NCBI RefSeq assembly: GCF_006345805.1 | Contig: NC_043014.1 | Coordinates: forward strand, 25,978,001-26,042,000 | DNA from: Octopus sinensis | Taxonomy: Eukaryota | Direction: 5' to 3' | Length of the DNA stretch: 64,000 nucleotides | Shown here: positions 50,528-61,899 of the stretch, in pieces | How positions within the stretch are numbered: the first letter of the stretch is position 1 | How the letters are laid out: each line of letters starts with the position of its first letter | Made by a program: the position numbers and the translations under genes | Notes under the pieces: model-generated | What the model saw: only the letters and a program-made list of their open reading frames with translations | Databases searched by the model: none | What the model was told of the DNA's origin: nothing

Positions 50528-52395
50528 AATGGCAGACAGTGCTACAGCTCCAAACAAAAGAGTCGTGAAAACCAAAGCCATCCCCATTAGAAGAGAAATA
50601 TTCCAGGGAGTCACGCTCTCTCCACTCCTTTTCTGATTGGCACTGACACCTCTATCTGATATGCTAAATAGAACTGGATTCGGATACAAATGTTACGGCA
50701 AAAATGATCGGCCAACTTTTATATATGGATGACCTAAAACTATACGCTACAAATGGCAAACAGCTGGAAACACTACTACAGACAGTTCATGGATTTACCA
50801 AAGAAATAAATTTGAAATATGGATTAGAAAAATGTGCCAAAGTAACCCTGAAAAGAGGGAAACTAGTTAAGAGTAGCAACATCACACTAGATAAATCCAA
50901 TGAAATAAGAGAATTAGACCAAAGCCAAACTCACAAATATTTAGGAATCCATGAACTAGATAAAATACAACACACACAAATGAAAGAGAAAATAAAGAAA
51001 GAATACTATAGACGAGTGAGATCAATACTAAAAACAGAGCTCAATGCTAAAAACAAGATAATAGGTATTAACAGTTTAGCCGTCCCGGTTATAAGTTACA
51101 GCTACAATATCCTTAACTGGACACTAAATAAACTAACCAAAATAGATTGGAAAACAAGAAAAATAATGACAGGATCTAGGATGCATCACCCAAAATCTGA
51201 CATAGAAAGATTATATATACAACGTATAGAAGGTGGTAGAGGCCTTATACAGCTGGAAAACTATTATAAAGTAACCACCATAGGACTGCAAAAATATCTA
51301 CTTCAGAAGCGAGGAAAGCTCATACAAATAGCGGCAAAAGACGAGCAAAACTAAAAACTGTTCCCAGTATTTAAGGAAGCTGACAAATACAAGAACTCAT
51401 ACTACCTAACAAATATGAAGAAGAAGAAGAAGAAGAAGAAGAAGAAGAAGAAGAAGAAGAAGAAGAAGAAGAAGAAGAAGAAGAAGAAGAAGAAGAAGAA
51501 GAAGAAGAAGAAGAAGAAGAAGAAGAAACAATAAAGGCTATAAAACAAATGAAATCCAAACTAAAACTGGAACTGGCAAATACTGGACTAAGTTAAATGC
51601 AAAGCAAATAGACAAAGAAAAATCCCAGCACTGGTTGAGAAGTTCAGGACAAAGCAGAGACGGAGGGATTTTTAATTGCTGCACTAGACCAAAGCCTCCC
51701 CACCAGAAATTTCCAAAAACATATAATGAAAAGAAATATAACAAGTAACTGCAGAATATGTGGAGATGGATAAGAAACAATAAATCATATTATCTCTGGC
51801 TGTCCAGTTCTGGCTAAGAAGGAATATATTCACAGACACGGCAGAGCTGGGACCTACATACATTGGAAGCTATGCCAACATTATAGAATAACAACAGAAA
51901 AAAGATGGTATAAGCACACACCAGAAAAGGTCACAGAAAACGAGAAAGCAACCATACTCTGGGATATGCCAATACACACAGATAGGGAAAGTAAGGCCAG
52001 CAGGCCAGATATAGTTGTCAGAAATCATGAAGAAAACAAATGCTTTCTGATTGATGTATCAATCAGATGACAACGTTTCTCTAAAAGAAATGGAGAAACT
52101 TTCAAAATACAAAGACCTGGAAATAGAGGTAACTCGAATGTGGAATCTAAAAACGGAAACAATCCCTATCATAGTAGGCGCATTAGGTATGATAAAAAAA
52201 TATTCAGACAAATACATAACAAAAACATCAGGACTTACAAACACATATAACATACAGAAAATTGCACTGCTAGGCACCGCTCACATCCTACGTAAACCAC
52301 TTTCACTACAGTGAAAATAAGAGCATCAAAACACACCACAGTACATACTCAAGGCACCCAGAATTGCGCTCGATAGTGCAGTGAAATCACATGAT
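50505..52395 (+). mobile_element. 5'-truncated R4/Dong-like LINE (RT + CCHC + RLE) with an in-frame (GAA)37 expansion
   Basis: IFQG..LSPLLF, LLYMDDLKLY, YKYLG-like THKYLG, CRICGDG.ETINHIISGCP, ILWDMPIHTD...RPDIV, IPIIVGALG; ends in (AAT)n. Confidence 0.92.
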
Positions 52396-52415
52396 AATAA
52401 TAATAATAACAACAA

Positions 52416-52446
<31 letters not shown>

Positions 52447-52578
52447 AGCAACAACAACAACAACAACAACAATGATTTCTTTATTAATCACAAAGGTTTA
52501 TATTAAGAAGAAACATTATGGACAAAAAGACTATGGACAAAGAATGTATGTGTGTATGTGTGTAATAATATGATGGTG

Positions 52579-52955
52579 GAGGCGCAATGGCCCAGTGGTT
52601 AGGGCAGCGGACTCGCGGTCAAAGGATCGCGGTTTCGATTCCCAGATCGGGCGTTGTGAGTGTTTATTGAGCGAAAACACCTAAATGTCCACGAGGCTCC
52701 GGCAGGGATGGTGGTGATCCCTGCTGTACTCTTTCACCACAACTTTCTCTCACTCTTACTTCCTGTTTCTGTTGTACCTGTATTTCAAAGGGCCGGCCTT
52801 GTCACTCTCTGTGTCACGCTGAATATCCCCGAGAACTACGTTAAGGGACACGTGTCAGTGGAGTGCTCAGTCACTTGCACGTTAATTCCACGAGCAAGCT
52901 GTTCCGTTGATCGTATCAGCTGGGACCCTCATCGTCGTAACCGACGGAGTGCTCC
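52579..52955 (+). mobile_element. tRNA-derived SINE family C, full copy
   Basis: A box tggcccagtgg, B box ggtttcgattcc; 3' end shared with positions 1-52. Confidence 0.82.
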
Positions 52956-53756
52956 TATATAATAATATGATGATAATGTGCTTTTTCTGATTTCACGATG
53001 AGAAACTCGTGTAGGTGGACAACTAAATGCTGAACGTTAACAGCGACGGTGAACCTTCCGTCTAGAAATATACATGTATATATCTCTATCACAAACACCT
53101 ACGTACTAACACAGACACGTGTTTGTTGGGAGTTGAGAAGTAAAAATTACAGAAGACCACAAAGAAATAGGAAATGTATTTGACATCTGGGTCAGATAAT
53201 GTAAATACAGACCATTCATGAATGACAAAGCAGCTATTTGATCTGCAACCAAGCAAAACTAGATACTTGGAGAATTAATTTTCCTGGCGCCGTTACACGC
53301 ACATTGTCTTATTTTCATTCGCAAAAAGTTAAATTGGTGAAATGGTTAACATATTTTTTGGATATCAAATCGTCACCGAAAAGAGAATATCTATTTTAAA
53401 ATTGTATCCAGTTACAGAATCTAAAATTTCAAATAGATGTCAACAACAGAAATACTTATCATCCTTAACATACTAAATTCATTATTTGTTACAATCTACT
53501 AAGCCATCACACACACACGCACACACACATATGTGGGTAAACATATTATTGTGTGTATGCATGTACCCACGAAAAAATATCGTTTCTGGTCTGATGACCG
53601 AAATTAAGCAGCGTTCAACCTATGTTGTACGTGACTACTTGGGATACCGAGGGGTAATAAGCACAAATTTAAAGTGCATGGATGGGTGTACTGTTAAGGA
53701 GTTCAGTTGGTACGACCATAGGGATTTGGGTCCAGTCACTGGACTGACAATGCCGC

Positions 53757-53810
<54 letters not shown>

Positions 53811-53815
<5 letters not shown>

Positions 53816-54347
53816 GTTATCGCCATACTAATATGGCATTCTTATAAAAATAAGAATAAAGCTGTCCGCTTATTAGCTCCATGAGGCCATCGCCTTAAGT
53901 TAGCTATTTGATACACAAACTGTATCCATATAACCTTCGAACAAGGGAGGTCAGTCGCTCCACACTACTTGACCGGCAGCTACAGACGCGTTTCGGGGTA
54001 TTGCCCCTTTTCAATGCAGCGTAGCCAGCCAGTAGGTGTCGCTTCCGACAATCTCTGTTCGATGGTTTTATTTACCTAGTTTCGGTGGAATACATCCACT
54101 TGTTTTCAATAATAGAAATATTAAAATTACTAAGTCTCTCTAAAAGAGAACAGCGGCAGCGTTCCCGGAAAATAATAGTTATCGCCATACTAATATGGCA
54201 TTCTTATAAAAATAAGAATAAAGCTGTCCGCTTATTAGCTCCATGAGGCCATCGCCTTAAGTTAGCTATTTGATACACAAACTGTATCCATATAACCTTC
54301 GAACAAGGGAGGTCAGTCGCTCCACACTACTTGACCGGCAGCTACAG
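53811..54347 (-). mobile_element. Retrozyme-like element: 1.5 tandem units of 362 nt with a U3-A8 hammerhead
   Basis: About 176-bp direct repeat at 53811-53986 and 54173-54348; HHR between the repeats; 3' end abuts (TA)n. Confidence 0.85.
53979..54020 (-). ncRNA. Type I hammerhead ribozyme, U3-A8 variant
   Basis: GCTGCA-TTGAAAA-GGGG-CAATA-CCCC-GAAA-CGCG-TC-TGTAGC: 6-bp stem I, 4-bp stem II, ACGCGT palindromic stem III, GUC triplet. Confidence 0.8.
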
Positions 54348-54594
54348 AAAAAAAAATTGGTTTCATATCCAGCGTGAACTAGACATCACTTCAGTTTCTC
54401 TAAACGATAACTTAGACTTTCTAGATTGTCTGCTAATGTTGATATCTTCAACGATAAAGCTGAATTTTATAACTCTGCCTTACTTGAAGCAGGCTATACA
54501 GAAAAAAATTACCTATATTAACCCTATTGATATTAATTCTACCTCAATTAATCAGGACATGAAATCAAGTCATAACGATATTAACAATTACGTT

Positions 54595-55065
54595 TATATA
54601 TTTGTTTTGCAAGATTTTTGATGTGAAATCGTGTGTTGAAACAGATATTGTTGTATTTAGGAATGGTCATTTTGCCAGTTTAGCCAATAAAAACACACAC
54701 ACTATATACTTGGTGTGACTTTGCTTCAGCGTTATTCCATTTTTTACATTAATCTTAATCTTATTTCGGCTAGAGTTCTTTCGTCACCCTCTTGTGACCG
54801 CATCCTTTGCTTTCTTCTTTCTTATTTGTGTGTCTCTCCTTACTAACGGTCAGTCATTTTGTATTTTGTATTCCTATTGTATGTGTCTTCATTTGCGCAT
54901 GCGTATACCTATATGTGTGTCTATGTTTAGTTAGTGTGTGTGTGTGGGGGGGGGGGAAGCGCCTGTAATATTTGTATCTCCTGTTTATATACGTTCATGT
55001 AATTTGTTTGTTTTTTTGCTTTTAGTTTTTGTTTTTCTTTATTTTGTTTATGTGTTTACACCTAC
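54595..55065 (-). mobile_element. Third copy of the 22411 family
   Basis: Homologous to 22411-22830; HHR remnant GATGCG-GTCAC-AAGAGG-GTGAC-GAAA-GAAC-TC on the minus strand near 54770-54805. Confidence 0.7.
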
Positions 55066-55117
<52 letters not shown>

Positions 55118-55199
55118 ATCAACAAAACGATATACAGTGAAATCAAGGAGAAATTCCCTAACGATGTCGGGTCGCTAGGGAGAAATTTCTCCCAAAAAC

Positions 55200-56345
55200 T
55201 ATATAAAAACTTGGTGGAAACACCCGTGAAAAAGCACAAGGGAGCCACCCGACCAAACAACAACAGTAAGTAGAGCCTTTTTCTCATTCTAAACCTTTAA
55301 GAAAAACATGGCTAAACTCAGAATAGGTTGCTTAAATGTGAGAGGCCTCGGGTCACCTTGGAAACAGGGCCACCTGTTAAACGACCTGAGGTCTCACAGC
55401 GTGGATGTAGCAGCCATTAGTGAAACCAGGCTCTCCAACCCGCAGGAACTCGTGGCCCTTTTCGGCGGATACGAGATCTTTCTATCTCCGTGTCGGCCGT
55501 GAGCGGGCGGTGGTGGTACTGCGGTGTTGTTTCGGAAGGGCCTGGATTTGAAAATAAGGACAGTCTTCCTGGATCCAGAAGGTAAGTTGGTGGTCCTCGA
55601 CGTAGACGGTAGTGATGCGGTGCTTTCAGACTGCTGGCTGCCTACGCTCCGACAGGAGCAGGGCAGTCCGATTATTTCAAGCGTCTGGAAGTTTTCTTAG
55701 GAATGTCACGCACACTAGTGCTAGTTGGGGATTGGAATACTATCTTAGACGAACGTTCCGATCGGGTGGGCACGGGAGCTTCTAATAGGAGAGGGGGGTG
55801 CAAGAGCCCCGCCAACCTGCTCAGGCGCTTTCAGCTGTCCGACAGGTTTCGAATAGACAACCTGAATGTGCCAATGTAGACTTGGACTAATCGCATCGGG
55901 TCGTCTAGATCGTACTTAGACAGTATGTTCTGTAGGCCAGCGGATAAGGATAGCATAGGGTGTCCACAATTCCACCTAGTCGACTACACGGACCACAAAT
56001 TCGTGATCTGTACGGTCGACTTAGATAGGCTACATAGACAGGGACCCGGCTACTGGAAGCTGAACGCGTCGTTAACGGCGTGCAAAGCCTACAGAGACCG
56101 GATTAGTTTATTAGTTAAATGTGCGCTCACGGGGGCAATCATCAACAACTGGTGGTTTGCCCTCAAGGGAGCAATTAGAGCAGAGTCGATTAGGTTTAGT
56201 AAGGCTCTAGCTGTAGAACGTAGGAAAAGAGAGCGGGATTTAGTTAGAAAACTAAACGAGGCTCTTGAGACAGGCATCGCAACCGACGTGTTGGCGGCTA
56301 GGTTGGCCCTCGACCAACACTTTGACGCCAAACACGAAGGCTGTG
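55200..56345 (+). mobile_element. L1/Tx1-clade LINE fragment (start of ORF2, APE endonuclease)
   Basis: MAKLRIGCLNVRGL, AISETRL, LVLVGDWN, SRSYLD, TDHKFV, GPGYWKLNASL. Confidence 0.85.
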
Positions 56346-56349
56346 TGTG

Positions 56350-58270
56350 TTAGTGTTCCATTCCAGTTCCTATTCAGGCTAGGTTTATCTTCTATTATGT
56401 GTGTAGCTTCCGTAAGTTGTCTGATTGTTGCGTCTGTTCTATGTGTGGACAAGATTTTAACTTCTATGTTGTTGATTGATCACCCGTGTTCCTGCTCGGC
56501 GTGTTGGTACAGAACCGATGAGCTCATTCCTTCCTTAAGTTCTCTCCAATGTCCATTTACCCGCTCTCTTATGCTCCGTGCCGTTTCCCCTACGTATGTC
56601 GTTGTCTTGTTACTGCATCGTCCCTTTATACATCTTATACTACAGACTACATTTCTGGCTTTACAGTTTGTTTGTGGGCTAAATCTACACACATTACAGT
56701 TCCCATCCGTACAGGGGGTTCTACTAAAAGGGTAGGTTCTATCAATTATGGATTTGATAGGATTGCCTGGCCTTTCAACAACCTTAATCCTTAGCTTACG
56801 TTTCTCTAGGGCCCTTCTAAAGCGGTACGCCAGTTTGCCTCTAGGGGTGGTGTCGACGAACATGACACTCTGGTATTTGTGGGTATCATACCAAGAGTTG
56901 GCCTTCCCTATTTTCTTCTTAGTCCCTTCAATAGTGTTCCATGACTTGCTCCTATAGAGTGGGCAAATCCCATTTCTATCATTACATTAGATAGTATCAA
57001 ATTTTTTTATGGCTTCTTTGTATACAATGATCCTTTCTTTATGGCTATAATCTGAGAACTGCATGCGGTGAACGAAATGTTGTATGTGTCTCTTTAACTC
57101 TGTAGGCTCGCACATGCGGGACACGTTTCCCATTATTCTGACGAGGTCTGCCATCAAAATATTGAATTTGGCATTGTCCGCGATAGCTGAGTTCCGGTGG
57201 ATCAAGTATTTGGAGGCCATAGGTTTGGCATAGTACGAATGAAGGATTCGGGTTTTATTATTCTCAGTTTCCAGCCAGAGTTCTGTGTCTAGTACTGGTA
57301 GCCTATGGTTAGGGTGTTTAGTGGGGTAGTCTATCGTGACCTTAATACTCTGGTGGATGGAGTTAGCTATTTGCTGGATGCTCTCCATAGTATTAGTTTC
57401 TATTTCTCTTTCAAGAGTACTCTCTCGTGGGGGTGCCTTTACCACGATGTTGATATCATCAACATAGCGAGAGTACATGTTCCCGAGTATGGAGTTCTGT
57501 GTTAGGCGTTCTTTAAGCCTTCTGTCGCACCATACCATGAAAAGGTTGGCCACATCACCGGCGATACTAACGCCGATGGCTACCCTCTCGTCTTGGGCAT
57601 ATATTTTGTTGTTAAACTTAAACGTGTGGCCTTTTAGAGTAACTCTTATACAAGCTCCTAGTGCATTTGTGATCATTTTTTTTTTTACCTGATGGACATT
57701 TTTGGGGCTCCGTATGGCTCTGGTCCATCCGCTCCATCTCTCTATATGGGTCTTCCTAGCCATTGAAGTAATTGTGGGTGGTCTACCTCTTAAACGTCTA
57801 CTGGGACAGAAACTACTAAGATTATGTTTATCTAGGTATTCGTTGTCATATGTCAGTCTACGTAGGAGGCCCAGTGCCTCTATGTTGACATTGTGGAACT
57901 CCACCTCACTCTCGTTGATCATCTCCATGCACTTCTCCACCGCAAAATCCGCGTCGATCGATGGGTATAGGGATACCACATCCATGCTACCCACCATACA
58001 TCCTGTCAGGTCGCAAGTTTTGTTACAGTCGTTGATCCTGCTGAGATCTTCCGTGCTGTAACAAACATCAGGTGACATCCGGATAATAGGGTGTATGATC
58101 ATTGAGAGGAAGTAGCAGATCCTGTAGTTGCTAGCGATATTCACTCCACAGACTGGTCTTGTTGGTGGTCCTGCTACAGGGTCAGTGGTTACTTTGTGGT
58201 CCTTGTGAAGTCCATACAGTGTCGGGATATCGTTGTTCCAGGCTTGGAAATTGTTAGCTGGCGTTTCTGG
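56350..58270 (-). mobile_element. Penelope-like element (Neptune-type): RT + Cys-rich linker + GIY-YIG
   Basis: 385-codon ORF 58144-56987 with GSMDVVSLYPSI, SRYVDDI, LPVLDTEL, YYAKPMAS; ORF 56863-56480 with CNVC...NCKARNVVCSIRC...TYVGETARSIRER. Confidence 0.9.
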
Positions 58271-58282
58271 AGCCCAAGAACA

Positions 58283-58329
<47 letters not shown>

Positions 58330-58333
<4 letters not shown>

Positions 58334-59420
58334 ATATCTTTAATATAATATAAATAATATATAAATATAAGCATATATACATACATGTATGTACATACCT
58401 ATATATATGTATATATACATGCATATAAGGGTACAGGACATCGAAAAGAAAAAAACCTTGAACACAATGAGAAACGAGACATACAACATAAAGAATACTC
58501 CTCTTCTTCAGTTGTCCCTGTTTCAACTACTCCACGTTCAACGTTTTTTTAGTGTCCTGTACCCATATATGCATGTATATATACATATATATATATATGC
58601 ATATATTTATATATTATTTATATTACTATATGATCGAACGCCACGCATCCTTTTCCAACTAAGTTTTATCTTAATAATTACGATGCGCACTCTTCTATTT
58701 TTACTATCTCTTCTCTGTCTATATTTCTCCCCTCTTGTTCTTTATACTTTCTGGTTTTCCCTCCCATCCTTCCCTATTCTTCTCATCTCCCCTTCACCGT
58801 TCCCTCTCTCTCACTCCTCCTCCTCCTCCTCCTCCTCCTCCACTCTCTCGTCTCTGACACGTGACGAGAGGGAATCTATCTTTCTGACTACTACCTTCGT
58901 GAAGACTAAACGTGCTTATTCTGTCTCTTCATAAGCTCGTTTTCCTAAGCGTTCAGAATAATTTTTCCATCGTCTTGACTTAACAACACTCATCGTTTGT
59001 TTTTACTGTTTTGTTCTCACTGTCCTGTTCTTGTTACCAATTTCACCCTCAGCAAAAAAATTCAAAATTTTATGTAATTTGCTTTGCGGGGAGTACTGTT
59101 TCAACGAAGTCACGTCTTCTCCTTACCTTCGAAAACTCTAAGTAGATGAAATAGGGACAACTGAAGAAGGGGAATATTCCTTATGTTGTATGTCTTGTTT
59201 CTCTGCTTTTTTTTCGTTGTACCCAAAAAAGGTCGTTTCTATGTTTTGGTTTTTTCGTTTCTCATTGTGTTCAACGTTTTTTGATGTCCTGTACCCATAT
59301 ATGCCTGTATATATATACATATATATGTAAGTATGTACATATATTTATGTATATATATATGCATATATTTATATATTATTTTTATTATTATATGATCGAA
59401 TGCCACGCATCCTCTTCCAA
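58330..59420. mobile_element. pLTR-like element: about 200-bp inverted copy plus direct repeat (offset about 730) between (TA)n tracts
   Basis: 58330-58531 is the reverse complement of about 59141-59400; 58535-58660 repeats at 59268-59420; very degenerate HHR-like stretch at 59095-59145. Confidence 0.65.
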
Positions 59421-59429
59421 GTATATATG

Positions 59430-59467
<38 letters not shown>

Positions 59468-59494
59468 TATTATATATATATATATGTATGTATG

Positions 59495-59528
<34 letters not shown>

Positions 59529-59585
59529 TGTATGTATGCATGTGTGCATGTGTATACATATGTGTATACATGTATGTGCATGTGT

Positions 59586-59666
<81 letters not shown>

Positions 59667-59679
59667 ATATATGCATACA

Positions 59680-60935
59680 GACGAAGGTGGATTAGCTGTC
59701 TATGTGGGGAGGATGCTAGAGTGTGAAATCTTGCATGCATTAATTTCAACCCTTCTTCGTAATAACTGCATTTCTTTTCTGTAGACTATCTCACTATTCA
59801 GAGGACACTTCAAAAGTAGCCAGTAGCGACTACACTTGAAAATGAATAACATTTGGCATCGTGGACCTGCTATTACATACCTGCGGACTAAGGCTTTAGC
59901 CGACAAGGGCTTTCATACTAACATGCTTAGTAATAAAGGGATGACGCTCCAGCTTTATCAAAAATGCAAACGAGGGCCTCTGAATTTAGTAGAGGAACGC
60001 AGTCTAGAAGATGACCCAAGGTCTGGACGTCCCACAGCTGCCACTACCGAGGAAAACATTGACCGTGTTCATCACATGGTGATGGATGACAGGTGATTGA
60101 GAATAATTCAAATAGCGAATGCTACTAGCATATCCTGCGAGAATGTTGAGAATATTCTGCACAATGAACTTGGCGTGAACTTGGTGTGACGAAGGTTTCT
60201 ACTCGGTGGCTGCAACGTCTTCCGATACATGGTCAAAAGTGCAACAGGCCGACCGCATCACGGAAAAATTTGACATTGTTTGAGGCAGACCCATTTGGCT
60301 TCTTTGAACGTTTCCTAACCCAGGATGAATGTATAGTTCCTCACTTTGGGCCAGACACAAAAGGACAATCCCTGCTGTGGAATCACCTCTCCTCGCCTGT
60401 TCTAAAGAAGGCCACGTTCGTTTCATCTGCAGGGTGATGACCTAAGTTTTTTCGGATGCAAAATGCATTGCATTTATTGACAGTCTCTAAAACGGCCACA
60501 CCGTCAATGGAGAGTACGATGCCAGTTTACTGAGGCAGTTACGAAAGTTCTATCATGAAAACTGACGAAGGAAGTTTTGTTTCATCAGTACAATGCTCCA
60601 GCACAGAAGTCTTTGGTTTCAATGGTTGCTTTGTGTGACTGTGGTTTGTGACTGGTTGATTAACCTCCTTATTTTCTTGATTTGATCCTATCTGACTATC
60701 ATTCCCAACATGAAAAAACACTTGGACGAGAACTAGTGTGGCTTTGATGATGACGTCATACCTGCTGTTAATGAGATTTTTCACTAGCAAGATGAAAGCT
60801 TCTTCACCAATGGGACCCAAGTAATGCAACACTGATGGAAGAAGCGTGTAGACTGCAATTGGTTTTATGTTGGAAAAAAACCTCATTTGGTTACGTTCTA
60901 TTTTGGTTAGCCTAAGAACTTTTCGACCAAAACTC
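59680..60935 (+). mobile_element. Decayed mariner element
   Basis: SLEDDPRSGRP, KVSTRW, FLTQDE, PDLIPSDYHSFPNMKKHL, WKKRVD..G.Y; many stops and frameshifts. Confidence 0.85.
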
Positions 60936-60962
60936 GCGTGTGTGTGTGTGAGTGTATATATA

Positions 60963-61006
<44 letters not shown>

Positions 61007-61010
<4 letters not shown>

Positions 61011-61442
61011 CAATAATAAATCTCTAAGCGAGGTATAAACAGAGCAGTTACTGTTTATACCTCGCTTAGAGATTTATTATTGTTATCGAACAGATTTTCG
61101 ACGCCAGTGACTGTGTTTACAGTGAAAATCTATATATTCTAGCCTGTAGAGGAAGTCCCTCAACGAAGAACGGTGCTTGCCATGCGCTGACGAGAGGCGA
61201 CCACCTCGAAACCGGTCCGTGTGTAGCATCCGTATCTTCGGGGAGGCTGATCTACCTTTACAGGCTAGCAAGGACACCGTGATGGTGTCGGCTCTCCTGG
61301 TGACGTCTATAGTCGCCTGGGGCTAAATGCATCAGTAACACCCCCACCACCCCGCCCTGTCCCTAGCCGCATTCAGATGGCTGGTCCCGCTTATATTACA
61401 GAGCAGTTACTGTTTATACCAGATGGCTGGTCCCGCTTATAT
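61007..61442 (+). mobile_element. Retrozyme-like element: 359-nt unit with terminal redundancy, 36-bp 5' inversion and an intact HHR, inside (TA)n
   Basis: Perfect arms 61007-61042 and 61051-61086; acagagcagttactgtttatacc at 61039 and 61398; 23-bp repeat at 61374 and 61420. Confidence 0.85.
61172..61230 (+). ncRNA. Canonical-core type I hammerhead ribozyme (dimer-type stem III)
   Basis: CATGCG-CTGACGA-GAGG-CGACCA-CCTC-GAAA-CCGG-TC-CGTGTG; extended stem I GGTGCT/AGCATC beyond an internal loop; ACCGGT palindrome; cleavage after C61217. Confidence 0.87.
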
Positions 61443-61452
61443 ATATATATAT

Positions 61453-61517
<65 letters not shown>

Positions 61518-61899
61518 TGAAAACAAAGTTATTTTGTTCTACACAAGTAGAAATATAGAAAATGCACTGGGATTCGTTTAGATTTTCTGTTTTTAAAATT
61601 TGAAAAACTTAACCGGTTTCTAAGATTTCTCTGATTTTCAGAAGTTGAAGTAGAAAGTCGTGGAGCTTTGCTGTAACTGCCTTGCTGCTGATTGCAATAC
61701 AAAATCGTCATGTTTTTATAGAGAGAACATGGCTCGAATTCGTATCTGTTTTGGATACGATTTAATTGGTCGAAGATGATCTCGTGATTAAAGTTTTGAA
61801 ATTTTTGTAAGTTCTCCGCTACGCCCGTTCTTTAATGTCATGTAAGAATATGTTTCACGTCGTTAGGTAAAGCTCTCACGGTTGAGTGAACATGTCTTA

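Noticed and set aside
52579-52650. tRNA gene
   Set aside because: A/B boxes are present but no complete cloverleaf, and it continues into a repeated SINE body; the same applies at 2880, 24006 and 34707.
53575-53612. CTGATGACCGAAA on the plus strand and GGTC-ATCA-GACC-A-GAAAC on the minus strand
   Set aside because: Plus strand has no room for stem II; minus strand lacks a recognisable core.
56987-58144. Host gene or telomerase-like RT
   Set aside because: Motifs and the downstream GIY-YIG frame identify a Penelope-like retroelement; the frame is broken between RT and endonuclease.
59160-59185. CTGAAGA followed by a GGAATATTCC hairpin
   Set aside because: Not followed by GAAA or a cleavage triplet.
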